A DNA stretch of 63,789 nt, counting the filler. It is 9 parts of 9 records of this genome, joined end to end, with 100 filler letters (N's around TTAATTAATTAA, not from the genome) between each part and the next. Parts side by side here need not be neighbours in the genome. Positions count along the whole stretch, not along the records: positions 1 to 9,161 come from SRR7504441_1108; positions 9,262 to 19,073 come from SRR7504441_1115; 7 more parts are not named here. One strand, 5' to 3'. How positions within the stretch are numbered: position 1 is the stretch's first letter; the number at the start of each line of letters is the position of its first letter. The translations under genes and the position numbers were made by a program. A model generated the notes under the pieces. That model had not been told where the DNA came from and ran no database searches. It was given only the letters and a program-made list of their open reading frames with translations. This document shows, one piece after another, positions 1 to 12,800 of the stretch.

Positions 1-168
1 GTCCACCGGCACGGGCTCGTCGCCCTCGGGCGTCACGTACCAGACACCGCCCCGCCAGCCGGTTTCCACCCTCAAGTCCCCGGCCAGCCCGCGCTTGTGC
101 CAGAGCTCGGTTTCGACCACCGTCTTCTTGTGCCGGTTGGACACCTTGTAGGTCCTCGCGGCCGCCAT
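1..168 (-). CDS. Hypothetical protein, N-terminal part, runs off the window start
   Basis: ATG at 168 on the minus strand, open to position 1: MAAARTYKVSNRHKKTVVETELWHKRGLAGDLRVETGWRGGVWYVTPEGDEPVPVD. GC3-rich codons; divergent from ATR. Confidence 0.6.
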   Translation of the reverse strand, partial: MAAARTYKVSNRHKKTVVETELWHKRGLAGDLRVETGWRGGVWYVTPEGDEPVPVD

Positions 169-334
169 CGGTCCACCGGGTCCGCCGCGCAGCGGAGCAC
201 TCGCCGTGCGGTGCGGCGGTCTGCTCGACGTCCGAGGTCGCCGCCTGTGATGAAGGTCGCGCGGCAAAATTTGAGTGCGGTGGTGGCGGGGCTGAATGGA
301 CTGAGGCTCGGGGAAGCGAGCAGCGGGCTGGGCG

Positions 335-3300
335 ATGCGGGGGGAGGAGGACGAGTTCGCGCTGTTCATGCACGAAGTGCTCAGCCAGGAGAGCGACGCG
401 GCGCTGGCCAAGCGGCCGCAGTTTCTAAAGTTCTTCCCGCACGTCATTTCCCAGATCGGCGTGTCGCCCGGGGGCGCGCTGCTCGAGGGTACCTCGGCGA
501 TGGTCCAGCTGGTCTCGTATCTGTCCGAGTCCAACCGGCACAACCACGTTCTCCCCCGGGGTCTAGTGGAGAACACGGTGCTGGTGTTCAGACTGCTCGA
601 GCTGATGAAGGAGCCCTCCCTGGTCCACCAGTCGCGGGCCTGGACGGATTCGCAGCAGGTGCTCCTGTTCGTGGTAGACACCATCAAGCAGAAGGGTCAG
701 CAGGAGCTCACCGATGTGCTGGTCGGCTTTAGCGATCTGCTCACCACCTTGGTCGATTGCCAGCTGCCGCACCGGTTCAGCGGGTTCAGCGAGCTCGCCC
801 AGCGCGCTGCCAGGCTGGCCGAGCGTGCGGAGTATCGCAGCCTGCGCCTGGACCAAGCCCTGGAGCGGCCGCAGCTCGATCTTGAGCTGACTGCGAGCGA
901 GCACGTCCACCAGCTGCTGCTCGGTGTGCTTCCTGTGGTGGTCAAAGCAGTGCTCATGTACCGCCAGAGGGCCGGCGACCCGGGCTTTCTGCATGAGGCG
1001 CTCACCCGGATCGCGCGCGCCCCTAGCTGGCCAGCGGCCGTGCGCGCGTGTGCGGTCGAGTCGCTGGGGACCGTGCTGGCCGCTGGGGTGCTCCAGCGAG
1101 GGCCGGCCGTCGTGACCGCTGTGGTGCACACAGTGGCATGCGTGCTGCTCGAGGGCCACAGGGACGGGTTAGCGCCGAGTTGCCTTGAGGACGCGATCGG
1201 CAGTTGCCTGCATGCGCTAGCAGACACGGTGCCGGCGCTCGCTGGGCTGGCTGACCTGCCGTCAGGAGTCTAAGCCAGGTGCTCTAGCGGATGCGGTGCG
1301 GCTGGTGGCCGCCCAGGAGATCAGCTCGGACCTGGCCATCTCTCGGTGTGTTGGGTGGTCGGCCTGCCTGAGTCTCGGGGGGCAGGCTGGCCAGCGCAGC
1401 GAGTGAGCGGCTGCAGACTGCGCTTTGCAGATGGGAGGTACTCAAATTAAAGGTGCAGCCGTGGCGGATGGAGCTGGCTCCGCGGCTGGTGCAGTTTGTG
1501 GGCAAGCCAGGGCTGAACGACCAGCTGGTGCGAGTGACAGGCGGGCGAGGCGAGCCGGGGCAGGTGGCTTTATTTAGTTGCTGCGAGGAGTCGGCAAGGT
1601 CTGAAGCAGAGATGCGGCGGAAGCGACCGAGGGAGGAGAGCGAGGAGGCGGCAGGCAGGCTGGAGCGGCCGGACGTGTGTGATCTGCTGATCAAGCACGC
1701 GACGAGCACGCTGGAGGGCGGGGTGCAGGCAGACCCTTGTACTGTGAGCAGGGTGATCGTGGCGGCGAAGGTTTGCAGCGCCGCACAGAACGAGCTACGG
1801 CGGGGCTGGCCGGATCTGGTGGCAGTAGGGGTGCAGATCGCCAACATGGTGGCTGCAGAGAGCACGCAGGACTGGCAGTTAATTCAACTTGTGGCTGTGA
1901 TGCTCGCACAGCTCTATTCAGACAAGCTTAACACGCCAAACTACTCACAAGTTCTGCTTACAGCCATGGCCGCCCCATTCTCGCCCCGCGAACCGACTGG
2001 TGCCATCGACAGCGCCCCGGGATGGCGCGAGTGCGCGTCATGTGTCCTGGGTTTGATCACAGAGCCTAGTTTCACAGGGCTTTCCTCCGATTGCATCATC
2101 ACTCTCATGAAGCGTGCTTTGGGGTCAGATAGCCCACCAGAGCTGCAGCTGGCTGGGTTGGGAATGATGCCTAGGCTAGTCCTCAAACTAGAGCCGCGGT
2201 ACATGGCAAGCGTGCGTGATATGCTATGCCGGCTGCAGCCTGACCAGGCGACAGCTCAGAGTCCAAACTTGTCAGTGGAAGACGAGAAATTGATGGAGAA
2301 GCTTGCTGGTACAATCGGGCTGGTGGCCTGCGCGGCGGCCCAGCCCGAGCCTGGGCCACCCGAGGCTAAGTTCAGTTGCCCTGTGTGTGACAACACGAGC
2401 GCAGAGCCTCAGAATAAACCTCAGTCCGGTCGGAGCACCTCGTTGCTAGGGATCGGATCCTGGCGTAGACTGTGTGATTTGCTCCACCCGGATGTGCCCA
2501 AAGGGGTTAGGCTCGAATGTGTCAAAGCGTTGCGTCGGATATTCGGACACTCTCAGAGCTCGGAGATCGTGGCAGCGCGGACCCAGATGAACCATCTTCT
2601 GGAGATATTCATGCACGATTCCGACCCCGAGATACGCGAAGAGATGTGCCTAGTGTTCCCGTGCGTGCTTTCCTGCGAACAGGAGCTCGACCAAGTGATC
2701 TTGAACGCGCTGATTGAGGCCCGTCAGGGCGAGGGCAGCGTCAAGCCTAGGATGGCGATGATGAGGTGCAGCTGGCCAGCTGCTGTAGAGTGTGATGTGG
2801 GTGCAGGTCTCTTGGGGCAGTTGGGAGTGTGGCCACGGGGCCGCATTTTGTGGCCACGATGCAGGCGTTAATGGACGAACTCGGCCAGACTAACCAAGCT
2901 CTGCGGAATGCGGCTTACAACCAGATCTTGACAATCACTCAAAACTGGTCGATGCGCAGCGAGGGCGCCGAGTGGAACCCTCTGTCGTTGGTTTCGACCA
3001 TAAAAAAGATGATCGCGCAGCATGACAAAGACGGGCTGATCCCTATGTACTTGGCTCAGGCGCTCGGAAACCAGCACACTATGATGGTAGACGAGGTACT
3101 CGATGCCTTGTTCGGCGACACGCCACAGGAGTACTTTCAGCGGAAGGAGAACTTGGTCGCGGCAGCCTCTGGGATCCTCAAGAACAAAGCGCTCTGGCCG
3201 TTGCTGGACGACATCGGCAGGGTAGTCAAGAGCAGCCCTAAGACGATTCTTGTCGAGAACCGGCAGATTGTGATCCAGCTTCTGCGGCAAGCAGACGATG

Positions 3301-6300
3301 AGAAGCTGCTCGAGCAGCTACAGCACGTGGAGCAGATTACATGCAGCAAGCTCGGAGATTGGATGCGGGACTTGGGGTTTGTCTGGAAGATTCTGGACAC
3401 GTTCATTCCGGATCTAGGCCAGTCCGAGACCTGCAGGGTGCTGCAAGCCCAGCAGATTTTACAGAGCACTGCCCGAATGGTGTTTGAAGGCAGCTCAGCC
3501 GACACCGACAGCGCTTGTTTGTCCCAGTTTGCGTCGCAGCAGATTGGGTCGGACCCGGAGCATTTGAAGGAGCTTTTGGACCGAGACTTCCTCTACATCA
3601 TGCACACGTGCATTGAGCCTCCACTCAACAAGGCGAGCGGAGCAACAGCTAGCAAAAGTCAGGTGGTTGTTGAAGAGGCTCGAGTGAGGCTGCGGAGCCT
3701 AAGCGAGCTGTGCAAGCTGATGGGCTCCAGCATCCTGAGTGCATACGTCCCGAAGGTGATTGTGGCGCTGAAGCATGTTCTGGAGCATCAATCGGACTCG
3801 TCCATCTGCGAGGCTGCTCTGGATGCATTCCTGACATTTGTGCGCGAGCTGACTCCAAGTAATGTCGGACACTCACTGTCGCAGATTGTCGTGATTGTCC
3901 TGGAGCACGTGCATACCCATGCTAGTAAGGCCATAGCTGTCCTGGAACTGCTCATTGTGCACGGCGGGCCGGCGCTTGAGGACCAGTTTGAAGAAATTCT
4001 ATTCATACCGTCGACAGCCACTGTGCCTGCGCTCCGGCGGGTGAACGAAGCCCTATCCAAGGTGACTGAAAGCCTCAGCCTGGAGCGGTGGCTCGAGATC
4101 ACAGCTGGTCTGGTGGCGCATGAGAGCGAGCAGGTGTCTGTCATGGCCCTGTCGCGCCTTGAAAGGCTGCTGCACGAGAATAGGAGTCAGATTCATACAG
4201 ATTACGTGATGCAGGCCGATCGCGTGTCGCCTGTGATCGAGACTGTGCTGCAAGTGCTGCTGCGTGCAGCAAATAACCGGTTCGGTCTGGATGGCCAGCT
4301 ACTTATCACCAAGTGTCTGGGTGAACTCGGTGCCATCGATCCTGCTCGTGTCAACGTGCTCCACATCTCAACCTCTAAAGTCGAGCTCAGGCCTGAACAA
4401 CTGGCTGTCGCGCTGATCGAAAGCCATCTTGTGAAGATGGTGCGCGGAGCTCGAAATCGGGATGACCAGGCATTGGTGAACTTTGCGATTCAGGAGCTGC
4501 TCAGATATCTCGGCTGTGACCACACCGACCAGAGCGCAACCGAGACTGTGCTTCAGGGATTTGAAGAGAGCACGCAAGTTCTGATCAGGCCTTGTGCCTA
4601 TTCACACTATAACAATCAAGACAAGAAAACGCAGATTGATGGCACAGTCTATGCCGCTGGAATGACGTTTCAAGAATGGATCTACGAATGGATCAAACGG
4701 ATGGTCGCGGTATCCGATTCGGACTATGCTGCGGTGTTCACCGCCTGTGCGCTGGTACTGAAGCTTGACACCAACCTGGCATTGTACTTGCTACCGTACG
4801 TGGTGTTTGAACTCTTAGATGCGGAGGGACGGCGTCACTTGGTTCGTACAGAAATCATGCAGGTTTTCAAAAGCCACATGCCTGACCACGATCAGTCTTT
4901 TGACTCGAGCACAACAAGACCGGACAGCAAGCCCGTAGACATGGAGTGGCAGCTCTGTGTTCAGGCAATCTTCACCCTTCTTGATACACTAAAGGAGTGG
5001 TCGGATCGCAGGATGCAAGAGGCCTGCGACCGCAGGATGCAGTCACAGGCGCACCGCGGTCAGCCCAGTCAGGCAACAACAATACCCGAGAAAATCAGCC
5101 ATGTTCAAGACTTGCACAGCGCAATCTCGTACCGCACTCTCGCATCAGCTTCCTTTGCGTGTGGAGCTTATGCACGCGCACTCCAGTACTTTGAGCTGCA
5201 CCTGCGAGGGCAAGAGCTCGGCACTGCTTGGCCGCCAGCTTTGGCCTCCAGATCTGGCCTGACGATGCAAACCAGGAGCAGGTTCACTGGCGAGTTCAGC
5301 GCAGAGGATGTCGAGTTCCTGCAGAGCATACTGAGCAAGCTGGAAGACTCAGACGCACTGACAGGGCTGGTGACTCTTCGTCCTGAACGCGAGCTTCCCA
5401 AGCCTGGTGACCTGGCACTGCACTTTCAGCAGGCAGGAGTCTGGTCCGAAGTCGTACGCTGCTACGAGTTTCAAATTCAGCACGACTCTAAGGACCTGCA
5501 GGCGCAGACAGACATGGTGACGGCCCAGCTAGCTGCAGGGCAGCTCCGTGGGGCGCTGCTTGCCACTGATGGGCTGATAGCACAGAGTCCAGAGCATGCC
5601 TCAACGCTAGCCGCACTTGGGATCTCGGCAGCGTGGAGGCTGGGGGATTGGACTCGAGTTGATCAGCTTGCAAAGCGGGCCACGCCATCTTCGGTTGCGT
5701 CATCTGTCGAAGTGCTGACAGGCCGTGCACTGAGCGCTCTGCATAATAAACAGCTCGATCGTGTGAGCGCAGAACTTGCTGAAGCCAGGCGTTGCTTGAT
5801 GGCGCCAATCGCGGCAGCTTCGATGGAGTCGTACAGAAGAGTGTACCCCATGCTCGTCTCACTGCACATGCTGCAGGAGATTGAGCAGGCTGTCATGCAG
5901 CTTGCGCAAGATAGCACTTGTCTCCCCACCAGCCAGCTGCTGCACGCCTGGAAAGAACGGCTTGAGTCGATTGAAAGCACCGACCGGGCTGTCTGGGAGC
6001 CTGTTTCGGCTGTCCGGCGGGTCCTGTTGCCCCTAGTGACGGGCTCGGCACACCAATGCTGCAACGAGGTGACGCACTTGTGGCTGCAGACTGCTCAACT
6101 AGCTCGAAGCGCCGGGCAGCTTGAGACTGCAGCGTCCGCACTGCTCCAAGTCGAGGCAGCTGCCCCAGGCGGAGGGAACTTGGCGCCAGGTGTTGCACTA
6201 GAGCGCGCCAAGTGGCATTGGGACCGCTTGGAGTTTGATGCAGCGATGTTCTCGTTGCGCAAGCATTTGGACGACCCTTCACTGGACGCCAACAGGAGGG

Positions 6301-8463
6301 CCAGCGCACTCCTGCAGCTAGCTCATTGGGGTGCTGAGAAGAACACTTTCGGCGCCCCTGAGCTCGTGGAGCGGTTCAAAGAAGCGATAGACCTTGCGCC
6401 AAAGGGGGAGATGCCTTACTTCTCACTTGCCAAGTTTTACGACAGGCTGTACACTGCGCACGGACAAACAGAGGCAGCCAAAGGGAACCACCCAGAGAAG
6501 AACATCATGCAGGACCTCAAGTACTTCAAAGTAATCATTGAGCATTATGGCGAATCACTCAAGCGAGGACACTCCCAACTCTTCCACTCAATGCCAAGGA
6601 TGCTGACGCTGTGGCTGAAGGCTGCTAATGTAGACACCAGCAAGAATAGAGAGGGCGAGGACACGAAGACGGCGATCAACAGCATAATGGCGCAATGCCA
6701 GAAATCCCTGCCAGCGTATCAGTGGTACACGGCATTGCCTCAGTTGATCTCGCGAATATGCGAGCCCAACATAGAAGCTCATCAATTGATTGGCAAAATC
6801 TTGTCTAACGTTGTGATAGCATACCCGGCGCAGTCGCTCTGGTCGGTGGTGGCAGCTGGGCGATCCAAGAACCAGCAAAGGCGCAGTCGCGCCCTGAGTG
6901 TGCTGCAGTCGGCGACCAAAATGGCCCAGATGCAAGCCCGCAAGTCGAGCCAAAATTCGATTAAAGACCTGATCCAGACATGCCAGAAGATGGTGGACTG
7001 CGTGATCGAGCTGTGCAACCTCGACGTCGACGTCCGAAAGTCGCGAAGATTCAGCATCTCCTCGAAGCTCAAGACTCTGCACCGGATTGGGTCGCTTGGG
7101 GTGGTGATGCCTCTGCAGTCCTCGTTTTCTGTCACGTTGCCGCCCTCCGGACAAACGGATCGCAAGCATGTAGCGTTTGCACTGGACCAGCCAACACTAT
7201 CGAAGTTCGAAGACGAGGTGGAAGTGTTGCACTCTCTTCAGAAGCCCAAGAAGCTAAAGATTATTGGCAGTGATGGCAAGAGTTACACCTTCTTGTGCAA
7301 GCCCAAAGACGACCTTCGCAAGGATTCACGGATGATGGACCTTAACTCCACAATTAATAGGTCCGCCGACCGCTGGGGTCTGTCTGAATGATGGTTGCTG
7401 CTGCAGATTCTTTAGACGAGACCCTGCCAGTCGGCGACGCAACCTCCACGTGCGCACGTATGCAGTCGTGCCCCTCAACGAGGACTGCGGATTAATAGAG
7501 TGGGTCCCGAGCACTGTCACTTTCCGGTGAAATTGCCCTTTCGATTGGGTTGTCTTAGTGGTGTGTTCAGCTCGATTCTGCAAAAATTATACCAGCAGGC
7601 TGGGCTTTACAAGAAGAACTCACAGAGCGAGATCAAGAGTCTGTACGACAAGTTTGATAAGGGTCAGACCGGACTCTCTAGAGTGGACTTCTTCTCAGGG
7701 ACAATGCTCAGGAGGTGTGCGCTACCGCGGTGCGAATCAGACTGACCTGGGGGCTAGGTTTCCTCCAGTGATGCACCGTTGGCTGCTGAATTCTGCTGCC
7801 GATCCCAACTCGTGGCTCACTGCACGCCGTGGCTACACCACCACGCTAGCTGTCATGTCGATCATAGGACATGTGGTCGGGCTCGGGGACCGGCACGGAG
7901 AGAACATCCTGTTTGACAGCTCGAATGGCGACGCCGTGCATGTAGATTTCAGCTGCTTGTTTGAGCAAGGCAAGACACTTCAGATTGCCGAGCGGGTATA
8001 ATTGCCCGCTTGCGCTGGTGATTGATGCTTCTCAAGGTTCCGTTCCGGTTGACTGCTAACATTGTCGATGGGCTCGGGGTGACTGGCACTGAGGGAGCGT
8101 ACCGGCGTGTCTGTGAGGTGCGATGCCGCTGCTGCTGGCAAGCTCGAGCTGCCGCTAGGTGACAATGCGCACTCTGAGGAACAATCAGGACACGCTGATG
8201 AATGTGCTGGAGACGTTTGTGCACGACCCTTTAGTCGAATGGGCCAAAGCCGGTGGCCACCATGCAGAGCTGTGCTGAATGGGCTGGGGGCAGGCGACAT
8301 TTCGAGTCGCATCATGGCTAAGATAGAGGCCAAGTTCAAGGGCAAGGAGCTGGAGGAGTCGGAGCCGTTCTCCGTGGAAGGCCAAGTGCACTACCTTATT
8401 AATGAAGCCACCTCGCTAAGCAATCTGTCGGAGATGTACATCTGGTGGATGCCTTGGTGGTAG
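335..8463 (+). CDS. ATR: Serine/threonine kinase ATR (PIKK family), multi-exon
   Basis: FAT region ([12 protein letters not shown]), kinase motifs [28 protein letters not shown] and VHVDFSCLF, and FATC end [12 protein letters not shown]. ORFs join through introns such as 1229-1265, 1346-1385, 2766-2806, 7361-7406, 7527-7570, 7715-7757 and 7996-8036. Confidence 0.95.
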
Positions 8464-8994
8464 CTCAACTAGCGTTTAGTAGTTGATATTACGCCGCTCG
8501 TGATCCTGCGCACGCTCAATACACGCCCAAGCCGCCGCAATAGCTGATAATTATATACCACAAGTAGCTGATCATGCGTGATCATGACCGTTGATATAGA
8601 CTCAATCAGTCTTACTATTGTACAGACGTTGCATGTCAAACGTACAAGTCATGATCATTACATGATCACGACTTGGTAATGATCATGACTTGCAGTACTT
8701 GCTCATTAATACTTGTTCATCGTCAAAAGAAATACCTAGTGCTTGCGAACGATCGCTGCTGGTTCGGAGTGATCATTATTCAAAAAAGTATTCACAAACT
8801 AAGGCAACAATTGCAATTAATTAGTTAAATATAATAGTATTCGAACGATTCTGTTGAATGATTGAAATTGACATCATTGCGCGATTGTGTGTCTGTTGAG
8901 CATCTATTGAATAGGCCTGGTGAGTGTGTCGACCACAACTCACAAGTGCCATCATCTGGGAATTCGGTTGTTTCTACTCCCGCCGGCAATGAAT

Positions 8995-9159
8995 TCACCA
9001 GTACACCCTGCCCTTCACACCCCGGAGGGCGACCATTAGTCTGCTCGGGATCGAGTTTGAACCCAGGTACAGGTTCGAACCGACTTGGATATTGCCAAAG
9101 GACTCTGGAAGCGATGTGAGTTTGTTCCTAATCAGGTTCAGGTCCCCACCGACTTTGAG
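8995..9159 (-). CDS. C-terminal fragment of a leucine-rich repeat protein (VGGxLxL-type repeat), truncated by the contig end
   Basis: Minus-strand translation LKVGGDLNLIRNKLTSLPESFGNIQVGSNLYLGSNSIPSRLMVALRGVKGRVYW*, with two LxLxxNxL repeats. Not in the ORF track. Confidence 0.75.
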   Translation of the reverse strand, partial: LKVGGDLNLIRNKLTSLPESFGNIQVGSNLYLGSNSIPSRLMVALRGVKGRVYW

Positions 9160-9161
9160 AT

Positions 9162-9261
9162 NNNNNNNNNNNNNNNNNNNNNNNNNNNNNNNNNNNNNNN
9201 NNNNNTTAATTAATTAANNNNNNNNNNNNNNNNNNNNNNNNNNNNNNNNNNNNNNNNNNNN
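9162..9261. other. Artificial contig linker (N44-TTAATTAATTAA-N44)
   Basis: Identical 100-nt spacer with six-frame stops. Also at 19074-19173, 28303-28402, 38979-39078, 43092-43191, 49878-49977, 53484-53583 and 59726-59825. Confidence 0.99.
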
Positions 9262-9404
9262 CTGCTCGGTCTGGGCCGCGGCCCGCCGGGCATCCGCCGG
9301 GCCGATCCGCGTTGACGGCCGGTCGCTGGTCACTCAGCCGCTCAATCAGCAATCCCATCGTTTTTACTGCTAGCAGGCTCTGCCGCGGGCACGGCGCCTG
9401 GGCG

Positions 9405-9813
9405 TCAGGTCATTTCCTCGACGCCGACCTTTCTCGCGCCCCTGGCCTGCTGCCAGCCGAGGATGCGGGGCACGAGCAGCACCGCAAGAGAGATGACGAG
9501 CATTACGAGCACGATCAGCCAACCTCGGGCCGGCCGCGGCGTAGCCGGGGCCGGGGCCGGGGCCGGGCTGGCGCTGGGGGCGGCACTCGAGGGCGGGTGG
9601 GTGCTGATGGGAGTGGGCTGGCCGGTGGGCTTGGTCCATTTCACCTGCGGTAGGCTGAGGGGCGGGGGGAGGGCCGGGGAGCACCCCTTGAGGGAGCAGT
9701 CCGATCATGGCCGGGTCCGGCTCGCCCGGGCCGAGATTGGCCTGCCCGGCCGCCCGGCCCACCCAGCAGAGCGCCAGCAGCAGCGCCGCCCCCCGCCGGG
9801 CGCCTCCACGCAT
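9405..9813 (-). CDS. Small type-I membrane protein (signal peptide, Pro/Ser/Thr stalk, one TM helix)
   Basis: MRGGARRGAALLLALCWVGRAAG... joined by a ~40-nt GT-AG intron to VKWTKPTGQPTPIS...PAPAPA...WLIVLVMLVISLAVLLVP. The 3' end is uncertain. Confidence 0.6.
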
Positions 9814-9899
9814 CACTGGAGCCGCCTCCAGCAGCAGCAGAATCCTTGGAGAGGCGCCTCCACTTTCCGTTGACACGCCCGAGCCCGGGCTCACCGAGG

Positions 9900-12800
9900 A
9901 TGCTGCTGGCCGCTGTTGCTGGGCTGCTGTTGCTGTGCGGGCACGGCGGTTTGGCCTCGCCGATCGGGAACGGGCTACTGCTGCCGGCCAGCCCGGCCAT
10001 TCAGTACAAGCTCGAGAGCTCTTATGGCTGCTTCGACACTTGGACCTCCACCCTGCCGCACGTGGTTCAAGTGACTATGACCCGGGAGCCTGGCAAGAAT
10101 TGCGCCGGGGCGGCCACGCTGGCGGTCCGGGGCGATACCGCCATCGACAAGCGACACGCGCTGTCGGTGTTGGCCTCCAATCTAGGCACAGACCAGACCG
10201 AGCAGTGGCGGGTGTTTGTGGATCGAGTGGATCGAATACAGATCCTCACCACTTTCCGGGACTTCTACATGGACGACGTGGGCATCTTCAAGGCGCGCCG
10301 CACGGCCCGGCCTGGCCTGATGCCCCCGGCCGGCAGGTCCAAGCCTTCGACAGCCAGGGCAACCACTTCTCCACACTGGACGGAATAGGGTTTGAATGGT
10401 CCGTGATAGCCCGCCAGCCCAAGCGCACCGCAGCGCTCAAGAAGGCGCGCTGCCGGCTGGTCCGGGGCGAGCCCGGCGCAGGTGCGGCTGGCTGAGCTGC
10501 ACGACACAACTGAGCGGATCACGCCGGCGATGCTCGCCATGGAGGCTCGAGGGCTGCAGCCGCACATGGTTGCGCTGCACGGAGTGCTCACCGGCAAAGT
10601 TACCGTCCAGTGCAAGATCAGCCAGCAGCCGTTCCAGGCGGTCGAGCCCTCCGCGGTGGATGTGCATGTCACCGAGGCGCTTCAGCTCCGGCCTGCGCAG
10701 CCGTCGCCGTTGGTCGTCCCTCCGCTCGCCTCCTTTCAGTTCACGCTGCTGGCCTGGCGCGGCCGGCGGCAGCAGCCGAGCAGCAGCCGACCGCGCGAGC
10801 GGATCGGGCAGCTGCACATATTCGATATGCCGAGTCCTCAGTACAAATGGCGCTCGGAGGACGATGCTGTGCTCCCGATAGATCGGGGCACGGGCCAACT
10901 GGTGGCCGGCAAACTGGGCCAGTCCACTGTGCACGTGGAGGACCGCAACCTCGAGCTGAACAAGCAGTCGGCCATCGTGACGGTCGCAGAGCCCCACAGA
11001 CTCCGACTCTTTCTCGAACGGCTCTCGAAAGACAGCACACGGTGCGGCCCGCGCCGCCGGCCCATGACTGACCAGGCTACAGCTGGTCCGAGCTGCGTCG
11101 GCCGGAGAAGGGTGGGGCGAGCTCGCTGCAGCTGCTCCGGACTGGCTGGCCTTCGGAGGGGACGATCGCTCGGATGCTACAGGCACACGAGTATGAACTC
11201 TCAGCTTTCATGTTCTCTGAGAGTGGTGCGGCCCGGGCGGCGGAGGCCGGGCGAGCGCGGGTAGGGCTCGAGATGCTGATCACGGACAATACCAAGATCA
11301 GCTTTGATGTGGACCCCGTGTATCTGGAGGCTTCGAAGCAAGCGGGCGGGTCAGTGCTGTTGAGAGGCTTGAAGCGTGGCATGACCACGGCCACGGCGCG
11401 GCTCGAGAAAATCATCCCACCCGAGTGCGGATGGGCTGGCGACTGCCCGTGGCAGGCAGTGCTGGCTGGCCAGGTGTGGCGGCTGTGTTTTGGGCGGGGT
11501 GAGCCGGGTGACAGGCGACGGATTGGGCTATCAGTGCAAAACTCGAGATTCTGATCGACGACCCTGTGCTCGCCGTCCCCAGCTGCCCGCTCAGGTTCCC
11601 GGCGGTGCACGGGGTCGGCCACAGCCTGAATCTAGCCGGAAAAGGTGCGCATGGCCCACAACGGCCGTAACCACATTCAACAGGCGGCTCTGGAGCTTAC
11701 AAGTGGCAGTTGATGCCTCCCAAGCAGGGGCAGCACAAGCCGGCTGTGAGCGTCACCCCGGCTGGGGTGGTGTCTGCCCCGGGCGAGCCGAGCAAGGACG
11801 GCGCTTCGGTGATTCGGATCACCGACGCGAGCCTGCCACTCAACTCGGCTCTTTGCCCCGTGAGCTGCTCAGTCCCGACTCACCTCGAGGTGCTGGCTAC
11901 CCCGCAAGAGCTGCCGGTTGGGGGCGAGCTGCTGCTCGAGATCCGGCTGACCGACGCCAACGGTGAGCTGTTCAACAACTGCTCCGCACTGCCGCTCCGA
12001 TGGGCGCTTTCGGATAGCTCTATCCTGTCGAACTCTAGTGTTGAGCGGCCGGCCGGACTCAGACCGGGCGTGTGCGCCTGGCAGCGGATGCGGGCCGAGC
12101 AGGCCGGCAAGCTAGAGATAGCTGGCCGGTTCCAGAACCTTCACGGGAGCACGAGTGTGAGCGTGTTCAGGCCTCTTACGGTGGTCAGTCCTCGCTCGAA
12201 GCGACTGCTCGTTGTGCTCGGGTCGTCGGCCACTATCGAGTTTGGAGGCGGCCCGTTCGGGGGCGCAGGCAAGCTGGTGGCGTCCAAGCCGGACCAGGTG
12301 CGACTAACGGCCCGAAACGACGATGCTGCCCAATTCATCTGGGAGGTTACATGCCTCGAGCTCGGGAAGCAGCGACTGCTTGTGCGGATAGTTCATCCAG
12401 CCAATCGGTCCAAGTTCTACGAGCAGCCTGTCGAGTGGGAGTGCGCCGTCCCGAGCGCACTCGCAGTAGTGCCTGGGTACGAGCCTTGCAAGCTGGCTGC
12501 GCAGCCACCTTTGAGCATCATACGTCATGTGCTCTCGCGAAGCACCGTAGCTACCAGGCTGCTGGCTTTCAGCGCGGCCGGAGTACAGTTTGACGGGACA
12601 GATTCAATCCAGCCCGAGTGGACAGCTCAGCCAGTGGCGCCAAACACTGTCCAGCCGGTGCTCGAGTCGGGCAGTTCTAGGCTGGACAACTGCTCTTGCA
12701 TCTACCGACTCGCTCAGATCGGGGGCGACGGTGAGACGATCCTGGTGCAGGCAACTGCCAACCAGGTGAAGCTAGTGAGCGGGTCGATGGTCGGGTTCTC

